38,981 nucleotides of DNA from Catajapyx aquilonaris. Lineage: Eukaryota. Location: assembly GCA_000934665.2 (NCBI GenBank), contig JYFJ02003713.1:1-38981 (forward strand), given 5' to 3'. The translations under genes were made by a program, and so were the position numbers. The first letter of the stretch is position 1. The number at the start of each line of letters is the position of its first letter. The notes under the pieces were generated by a model. That model was not told the DNA's origin. It saw only the letters and a program-made list of their open reading frames with translations, and made no database searches. Shown here one piece after another: positions 1 to 9,700 of the stretch.

Positions 1-52
1 GGGGGGGTCAAAAAGTGCCCGAAAATCGGTCACGTGGTTTATGGACGACCCC
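1..52. mobile_element. Terminus of a probable MITE cut by the window edge
   Basis: Ends ...cacgtggtttatggacgacccc followed by taa, resembling a Harbinger-like GGGG-starting TIR with a TWA target. The partner end lies outside the window. Confidence 0.4.
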
Positions 53-450
53 TAATGGGAAACTGGATATAAATTCAAGATGGGCATGCCCAGAGCTCTG
101 CCGTGATTTTGCATTATGTACATGCAAAGAATCCCAGGTATTTAATGTGCCTGTATAATTTTTAATGGCCTAAAACTTCCAGCACATATTTGGTGAAGGT
201 CACTGGTAAGTTTTCAATTAGTCTGTTTTCTGCAACACCTCATTTAACGCAGATTATGCACTAATAGACACAGGTTCAAGCACAGGTTCTATAGTCTTTC
301 ACTTGAATATAATTGAAATTATGGCAGGCCAACTTATTAGCACAACATTTGCATGAAAAAACTTACAAGTTTTAGTTTATTTTGTTCATAATAATTTCTC
401 ATATTTCTTAAAACTAGATGCCACTGCTTTAATGCAAATAAATACAATAC

Positions 451-2453
451 CTGAGAATGGCCTCATGCATATTTTGGGCAATCATCGTGTCCTCAGTCTG
501 CATCCAGAGCTCACCAGCCCCTGTGACAGCAGACCGTCCCAACTCCATAAAGAAGAAGCAGTCGGAGTGGCCACAGCAGCGAATGCTCATTAGCTATAGC
601 AAAGGATAGGATATAATAAGTAAATTCAGTCACGCTGAAAAAAACCACTATTTAGAGAAGTTTTGAAAACTTACAGGGAACTCCACCGTAGAAGCGGCAT
701 CATCTTGGGACATTTTGACTAGGCTTAGCGCCTTTGAAGTCAAGCAAAGGCGGTAAGGACCCAGGATGTTCTTGCTGGTGGCCAGACCCTTTTGCTTGAC
801 CACAACTTGCCACACATGCTCTAAAAATGTGACAGAAAAATTAACATAGCACAGGATAGCTTTTACACTCCTCTGTTTCACATAAATCTGCTACAGACAT
901 TTTAGGGATTTTTTTTTCCTTTGCATGGGCTTCAATACAAAGTTATTGCTATTGTTGTCAAGATAAAATGCAATTAATATAGCAGCTGGCCTCAAAAATC
1001 AAGATAAAATTGTTCATCTAAGTGCACAACATATTAATTCTCAAATCTGGTTCTACTTAGACTCTTAGAGGATGCAGTTAAAAGGCAAGCTACAGTTTCA
1101 ACTGCTACAACCATTCATGTAAAGCTTAAGACAAATTGGAAGGTGCTGCCATTTTATGTTTTGGAGAGAGACAGAGGGAGAGAGAGATGTAAGGGTCAAT
1201 CTGTTTGGAGCAAAACTGCAAATTACCCTGAGTGACCTTGAGAAGTCACTCAACCTTTGTTTTGCATCTCTGCAAGTAACATTTACCAAATGTGGGTTTG
1301 GGTGTCTCTCCTTCCAGTGCGTCCTCCCCATGCTGTAGTGACAGTAACGCAGTGAGCCAATCCTCTAGCTCCTCTTCGCTGTCGAACACCATGGAGAAGC
1401 AGTCATCCTTGGTGTACAGGGCAATCACATGCTTCTGCTTCTTGTCAACTTTACGATTGATGTTGAAACAAGTCTTCAGAGCAATTGATCTGGGAAGGGG
1501 GTAATCATTAGTTCAATTTCACTGCCCTTCCATTATACATGTAAAATTTTCTAAAAAATATTACCTTTTAGGTAGCTGACCAACTTTACACTTCTTCTCG
1601 CTGTCATAGTATTCCAGTGATGCTGAGGAGTTCTCAGTCTCACCCCGCAGCACAAAGTACTTGCGCTTCATGGTCTGGGCCAGTAGAATATTTCTTCCAT
1701 CACTTCCCTGTGTCATTACAAAAAGATATCAAAACATGGTACTGGCAAGGGTTCTTGGTACTGCTGAACTAATCATTCTTTCACTGTGAATACGAAACAC
1801 ACACAGTTTGCATTTGGCTGTGAGTTGTAAGGCAGAAAATGACCTATTCATCCTAGGTAAGTACTGGAAGGAATTTTGTTTCAATCATTGAAAGAGCTCA
1901 GGCACATGTGATCATAATTTGCTGGGCCACAAACTTTCAGCTGTTCTAATGCCCTGATTGATTTGTCTAAGGCACTTGATTATGCAGACTTCACCAATAC
2001 AGATCTACCTTCTTGAATGAACAATTCACAAGTCACAGCCTGAAGAACACTATGGCCATTCCTCGTTGTTATGTATCAAAATTATATTACCCTCAGAATA
2101 ATCCATGAATAATCAGGAACGTCTATATTAATATTTTACCTTCATTATTTAGGGATATAAACAATGCAGTGTATTAATTCATCCTTAAATTTTCCTGAGA
2201 TGATACAAGTTTTCGAATGAGAAACTGGCAATCATCATTATGGTCACTGGGGCAATCTTTCCAACTTCCCACAACATTATAACAACAAATAAACAACCAA
2301 GTAGAAAGAAATCACAACCACCTTGAGTTTCTTCAAATGTCCAGATTTCAGTATCTCCCCCCTCTTCTCAGCATCTGATACTGGGGCTTCTCTGTCGGCA
2401 AGTCCATTTGGCCCCACACTATTGGTGGAGCCAGTGCTCTTCACTGAAGACAT
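451..2453 (-). CDS. chico: Insulin receptor substrate (chico/IRS1-like), N-terminal PH and PTB domains; gene runs off the left edge of the window
   Basis: Phase-consistent GT-AG exons 2453-2322, 1674-1565, 1489-1287, 820-675, 593-451. Translation: MSSVKS...[24 protein letters not shown]...LEYYDSEKK...[13 protein letters not shown]...[11 protein letters not shown]...EDWL (PH domain), then EHVWQV...GPYRLCLT...[47 protein letters not shown] (IRS-type PTB domain). Confidence 0.95.
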
Positions 2454-4815
2454 GTCCTCCTCTTCCTTGATAGGGAGGAATCTTGTAAAGTTCCGTGGTA
2501 AAAAAGAAGATGGAAGAAAAAAAGGGGTGGGAGAAGCCAGTCCTCCTTCACCTCTGACGGTGGTGTGTCACTAGCACTGTCATTATTTTAAAAATTCTGT
2601 CACTTCACTGCCTGCTCATGTGATGTCTTCCTCCTTGCTCAACATGAGTCCAGACACAAATACATGCCCAAGTTCACATCCCTACAAACTGTCTGAAGGC
2701 AGATCCTTTCTTGAAAATACCACAAATAGCTGCAAAGCAAAATAAAATTGCATTAATTTTCAGTTGATTAAGAGTAGTAATAGCTAAGAAAATGAGTCCT
2801 GCAACCATATCAATCTCATTCACTTACAGTACAACCACTATAAAATATGACAACAAACCCTCTGGGATTAGAAAGGGGACAGAGAGTACATCCAGCAACT
2901 GGGTGACACATGCTCAAGGCAACAACCAAGTGAGCGATTGTATCTACAACTTATGATGGTGCTTTTATTGAGCAGCTGATTAGATAACAGGTTTACTACT
3001 GGTATTAAAGTATCTCACTTGAGCTACTAGAAGTGTGGAGATATAGTACCAACATACTCCTATTAATAGCCATCTTACACCTACAGCTATATTTGTAGTA
3101 GAATGATCTAATAATATATGCGTAGTACACATGCAACAGACAATGTACTTTCATGACTCCTTACAATGCACAAAGCTGGCTTGCTTCAGCGTGTGATTAA
3201 TGCCTGAGAAAATTCAATGGGCTATGCTAGATAACATTTAAATTCATTCATGAGCTAATTTATTTGTCACCATACGACCATCCTATCTACAACCTGCCCA
3301 TCATGTGTTACTGCAAAATGGTAATTTTAAAATTACAGCAGTGTAAATATAAATGGTCAATAATATTAGAAGTTTGTACAAGTACTTACAAAGGCGACCT
3401 CAACATTCATTTAATGGAGATATTGTATTATTTTATTGGCACTGGTGCATGATGTCATGGCAGATATTGGTTGACTAATTGTCATTTTAAAATTAGTCAA
3501 TGCAGACTTTCTGCATGGTATGCTTTCAAGTTCACACAGCTATTGCCTGCACAATACCTCATAAATATTTGCCTACATTTTATCCCAGGTGATCTTCACA
3601 TACCTATCATGTGCAAAAGATGTGAAGTTGTGACAGAGAAGCCCAACAATACCTCATAATTCCCCATTTTTGATATAAATGAGAGACAGTAAAGGTGATC
3701 TCAATGTTCCTGGCACTGACTGAATCAGTCCTTGCACAATCACCTGGTCATGACATTGATATGTAAATGCTATACTCCTACTGGGAACGAGAAGGTTCAT
3801 TAGGGGTAGCAGGTACTACATTGCTCAAAACGATGAGATAATTTTGCACTGAAGTGAAATTCAATATTGCCTCAATCTTTTGGAGTGGTAAATTACCATG
3901 CCATATAAACTGAACTATACATGAAAAGTGACACCCACTCTAGAACATTCACTGCAATAACTGAGGGTGTTGTGAAACTCAGCATGAGGTGCTTGACACA
4001 AGCTACAACAAAAATTAACCTAATCTTGGTATGAAAACTCTGCATCTTAGAGAGGTTCATGTCATCCTCAGTAATCAAGCAGGTGATCAGGTGTGGTTGG
4101 CATTAAGATAAGGTGGTAGGAGGGTCCCGCCTTAAGCTTCAAGATGAAGAATACAAAGTCATATTACTGTCTGATGGCAAATTTTTGCTATTAGTGTGGC
4201 ACAAAATGCCATTGATTTTCCTTTTGCTCCTCTGATGAACCGTAATTCAGCGCCTTTATCACATGATCAATTTCATGGGCTATAAAAATGCAACTGGATC
4301 AGTCAAATCCCTTTCATCGGCCAGGTCTGTCGTCCCTACCCACGATTCATCATGTACCATTTGAGAGGCAATGGCAAGGTGATGCACCAAGTGGCCCAGA
4401 TTGCAACACATGAAGTCACCTCCCATCCCCCCTTCTCCCCATGCCTTGATGCATCCCAAACGACAACAATGGTCCTCCCGAAAAACAGGGGCACCGGATG
4501 ACGCAGTAAGTCGCCACACATGTGCCAACAACACCCTTTTTTTCCCCCCCTCCCCTTTCGATTCCCTCCTTAGACCATCCCCCTGCCCTGCCCCTCTCCC
4601 TTCCCCCCAGCATATCTTTTTTTAGTACCGTCGATAGTACCTGAATCGCAGCGCAGAATGTCCCTTCGGTGAAGACCCAATGGGCAGGATCCGAGGCCGT
4701 CGACGATGGGCCGCAGGTAGGGCGTGCAGCCGTGGGACCAGCGACGATATGTGTATTGGCGACGGAGGGGGGGAAAAAATCAGCTCACACTACTTTTTGG
4801 CGACGCCATCTTGTA
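2454..4815 (-). other. Inferred IRS 5'UTR: non-coding exon (~4815-4641) spliced to an exon starting at 2729
   Basis: Donor CAG|gtacta at 4641/4640 and acceptor ttttgctttgcag at 2730-2731. A CpG-rich region with promoter motifs lies just upstream. The TSS is not directly visible. Confidence 0.55.
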
Positions 4816-6740
4816 AAAAGGTCATGTGTGCGACCAGCGCACTTGTAAACAACTGCTGCGCATGCGTAGGATTTAGAACGAAGTACAGAGAGGGGCGGGC
4901 GGGGGCGGGGGTGGGAGGGAGGGCTCTTGGCTCATTCACACTCTGACGTCACGTGTGGTGGCCGAGTGCGCGAATTGTAGTGTAAAAAAAAAATGGCAAA
5001 AAAAGAAGAATGGAGGGTGGAGGGCAGGGTGCTGGGGTGGCAGGGGAGAGTTGTTTATCCCCGAAGCGAACTCGTGTTACTCAATTCATACCCAAGGCGC
5101 CTTGGGTTTTGCGCATTTGACATCATTGGGCAGGGGTATATACTCTCTTTTGACGTGGGGAATATATTGCGATGTTTGTGCCAATTACGGTACCGTATAC
5201 TATCAAGAGTCAGGTATCTGCAGCTGGTGAGGCCAGGTGTAAATGATGAAACAGGACCCGACTTCCAGCAGAAGCCATATATTCGCCAAACATTGCGTGC
5301 ATCCTGATGACGACTATATTATATATGCGCACGAAGGTACATATATCTATGTATGATATACGTACGTATACATATATCTATGTATGATATGCGTACGTAT
5401 ACATCTATGTATTGCAATAAAGGCTGGGGACTTTAAAATGTTACCACGCTGTATTTCAATGCTAGAATTTATTTAAGTTGACACTTGACACCAATAAATA
5501 TATGAGAAACAGACCTTGACGGATGTTGGGCTCAGGTGCAACACCTAATTATGTTAAATTCTAGGGTTAATGTTTCGCGTATAGGTTTTTGGCCTGCTGG
5601 GAATCGCATCGTCACTGCTGGTTAACTGACGTCTGAATAACATTACTGGATTTAATATTTAATGGGGTCATAGCCTTGGCCTGTGATTTGGGTAATTTTT
5701 ACACGAATAGCTCAACCATACATATAAACATGCATTCCACCCACATTCCACCACTTTTCTGCACCAAAATGTCATTACTCGATAAATTATCGGGGGTTTC
5801 AAAGTCACTCGCAAATTGGCGGGAAAAAATGGGGGCGTGGCCTAAAAAGCGCATTCCCACTCCTGCCTAACCAAGCTAACAACAGTGACGTCTGCAGGCA
5901 TTCGCCTCGCCGTCATTCGATTCGGCTTATTTATACTGGCGGTCACGTTCGATTCGGCTTACTAGCGGTCGTTCGATTCCGTTGTTAGCATGGTTGTTAG
6001 GCAACAAACAAAGGAACAAAGCAGCCGGGTGCATTCCTGCATCTGCACCGATCTGTTTAGCAACAGTGACGTCAGAGGGCAATGCGATTTTGGCGATACC
6101 CTACTGTATAATATTATGATCTTAGATCGATCATAGCTCGAAAACTAATATGTATTTCTTCAAACAAAAAACACCAAAATTCATTTAAAAAACAAGGACG
6201 ATTTTGACATGGGTTTGCAAAATGTAGGCTAGGACCAGACCACGGACCAGACTCACTTATATGCTTACCGGTATATTTATTGGCATATTCATGATTTTCG
6301 TTATTTGCACAACATATACGCTTATATGCTGCGGTCGTCCATATGAATTATGTGTAGATACGTTGAACGTTGTATACTCTGTTTGAACCACGGTCATGGT
6401 TTGAACCACGGTTTGAACCCTCGCCCTCATGGAGTACTGTACGAGACGTATACATCTCCGAAAAGCTCCGAAACCTGCGAGGCTGCGACTACCGGCGGCG
6501 CGGCGCGGAGGAAACACGAATCGTCGACGGCGCACGCGTAAACTCTATGAACTATTCCGCACTATTCTATGCACTAACCCCACTTGACTAGCGTAGTGCT
6601 TTCTTTCTATTTTCACTATTTCTTTTTTTCTTTTTTTCCCCCATTTTTGCCTCCCCCCACCCCATCCCCCATCCCTCCCCCCTTGCCCTCCCCCCACCTT
6701 TCTCTTTTCGATTCTGCCCTCTGCTGTCCACCGGAGCAAG
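4800..6740. promoter_or_regulatory. CpG-rich divergent promoter region shared by IRS (-) and SDHA (+)
   Basis: YY1-like AAGATGGCG near 4804-4812 (-); NRF1/Ewg-like TGCGCATGCGT 4857-4867; GC boxes ~4892-4915; full CRE TGACGTCA at 4944-4951 (overlapping E-box CACGTG) and 6067-6074; pyrimidine tract before the SDHA ATG. Confidence 0.65.
5337..5411. repeat. Short tandem repeat, ~30-bp unit, ~2.5 copies
   Basis: tacatatatctatgtatgatat(a/g)cgtacgta repeated. Confidence 0.8.
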
Positions 6741-9700
6741 ATGGCGGCAGTCGGAAGGATTGTCTCTCAGGGGAAGAAGCTCCTGGCCAACCTCTCACCG
6801 GTATGATCACGTAACATCTCGCCCTCTGTCTGGTGGCGATGGAGGGTGGGGTCTGCCCACGGGCGAGACTTTGGGGGGAGGGCAGGACGGTGCTCTCCAT
6901 TCTCCAAGCTTGACACGCTGCCAAGAGCATCTGGACTATTTTCTTTCTGCTGGTTTTTCGTTCCATTTCAATGAGTCGAGCGATGATGTAGTTAAACTCT
7001 TCGTTCTTTTCCAGCTGCACAGCTCACTGCGGCCTGCTGCAGTGGCAGCCAGGGACTTCCACTTCACCGTAGAGGGGCTCCGGGCAGATGCCAAGGCCAC
7101 TTCGGGGAAGGCAAGGCATTCTTCACACATTCCACTGACATAAGGAGAGCTTTGTGACTCTGAAGGCAATGTGTATGGTTGATAGTACAACATAATAATG
7201 AAGATATTAGGCGTGAATAATATGAGTTCACTTTTTATGATCCGATGATGTGTTCAGATATCACTGGAGCGTTCCGTACATGGACTGCAGTTACGTTTTT
7301 TTTTCCTGGTCATGGGTGACTCAGTTGAGCACCTGTAGAAGGAAACATCAAAGCACTGCTATTGAATGATTGGATACCTCTGAAGTTGTGAGTGTTGATT
7401 AGAATATTTCTGAGCAAATCTTCCAGAAAACTGGGATTGTCTTGCGATAAAAGCAATGTGATCTTCCCATTATGACAATGTTAAAGGAAGGAATTGATAT
7501 ATTATTATAACTTGGGCTTCAGAAATCAGCACAAAAAAATACTGAATCTGAATATGTGATCAGTTTCAGAATTTAATGGCATGTAGGCAAATGCTAACAG
7601 GTTTAAGCCATATTTTACCTGGAAAAATATGCTAATAGATGTGGGATTGCTCTGGCATTTATGTCATCTGCTGTGGCTCCTTGGAATCTATTACAGTAAA
7701 ACCTTGATGTAACGCCTTCCAAGGGATTGCCCAAAAGTAGCGATATAAGCGGGATAGCATAATATGCTGGATAATTTACCTCCTGAAAATGATCAAGGGA
7801 CTGGAAAAAAGGGGCATTAAAAGCAGGAAAGCATTATATCGAGGTATTCATGTCACAGCCAGAGAACGGAAATGCTGTCACAAGCTTTTAATTGTTCGTT
7901 TCATAGTTGAGTCACTGTACCATCACAACTACTGTGCAGAAAACGAAACGACGATCTCACGTCATCGTCGCACAACAATATAAGTAAGCAGTGTCAACAA
8001 AAAGAACATTGTTTACCCCTATTGTTGCATGAGAACAAAATGATGGTCAGATCATCGTTTCATTTTCCGCACTGTAGAGAGCCTTGAAGAAGAGAGTCGC
8101 CAACTTGTTATGTAAGGTCGTCTCTGACTGGCTGGAGCCTTTTTGAAGTGTCGTATGGGGGCGACCATCTTGAATTGCTGTGGAAATGGTATTCCAAAAC
8201 CGTGGAAACGGTGGCTGGCTCTGACATCATGATTGTAGTTCAGGCCTTCTGGCTGCATCCAAATAATTGTGCGAGGGCATTTGAACTACAAACGTGACAT
8301 CCGAGCCAGCCACCGTTTCCACTGTTTTAGAATGCTGTGTTCACAAAAATTCAAGAAGGCCACCTCCATAAGACACGTAAACACTTCAAAAAGGCTCCAG
8401 CCAATCAGAGACGACCTTGCATAACAAGTTGCCGACTCTCTTCTTCAAGGCTCTCTAATCACTACTATTCTCTGGTTGAATCAATACTACCAGAATAAGG
8501 GCCAGTGTGATTGGCTAATCTGCCTGGTATGAAGGAGGAATTACGACATATATGTACATTTACATTTAGACTTTTCTCATCATCGAAAAGAAAGTCTTAT
8601 AGAACGGCTCTGTCCAGCCATGCCTCTGTCTGTGGATAGGTTCAGGGCTTCACTGCAAGAGATAGTGGCAAACGATTTTCGGATTCTGATTAAAAGTGAC
8701 CAAAACAGGTGTCATGGTCAACTGCCTGTGACCCGCCACATTCAGGTTTCAGGTTCACTCTATCCACACTAGTCTACTTTACGGGCGGGTTATCATTGGA
8801 TTTCAAATTAGTTTCCCTGGGTTCCTGACCAAGTGTGGCGAGGATTTACCCAGGATTTACATGGCGCTCTGGAACAGGGGCTGTGTAATTAATTCTTTAA
8901 GATGGACCAGGGTTTGTGATGCAAGTCCTCGGCCGTTTCATACTTGAAAGAATGAGAAAAAGTCTATTATAATCATCCTCACGGGATTTGCCAATCTTGT
9001 TTTATCACTCAGTACCTTGCAGGAAGAATTTGGTGATTACCATAGTTTTTTCTTGTAGGTATCACGTGATTACCCTGTTGTGGACCACACTTATGACGCA
9101 GTTGTGGTAGGTGCTGGAGGTGCTGGTTTGAGAGCTGCCTTTGGACTGGTAGAACATGGGTTCCGCACTGCTGTCATCACAAAGCTGTTCCCAACACGGT
9201 CACACACTGTGGCAGCACAGGGAGGCATCAATGCTGCCCTTGGGAACATGGAAGAAGATGACTGGAAGTGGCACATGTTAGTAACATTTAAATAAACACA
9301 AGAAGTGACTTTATACATGCATTACCTAATACCTGAAGGTATCTAACACTTTCTGAAGACTTCATTGGTGGATGTTAAACCTGTGAATATTTATTTCTGA
9401 ACTAATACAGGACAATGAATTTTTCATATGGTTTTTCAGTTTACAAGCACATATGTGTCTTAACACCAACATTTTTAACAGTATATGCACAGGACTAATT
9501 GGTTATTTTTCTAAATAATACATAAAAATTATAGATATTTAAAGACAATTATTCATCAATTGTTATATTTTATTACCATCAGGTATGATACAGTTAAAGG
9601 CTCAGATTGGCTGGGAGACCAGGATGCAATCCACTACATGACGAAGGAGGCACCACATGCTGTCTATGAGCTTGAAAACTATGGTCAGTTGTAATGTAAC

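Noticed and set aside
4172..4214. Short hairpin in the IRS 5' intron (miRNA candidate)
   Set aside because: Only ~43 nt with bulges, too short for a pre-miRNA, and no recognisable mature sequence.
5300..5340. CTGATGA hammerhead-ribozyme-like or C/D-box-like core (similar CTGAAGA at ~9352 and ~25901)
   Set aside because: No GAAA with a proper stem II and no closing helices. At most decayed retroelement tails.
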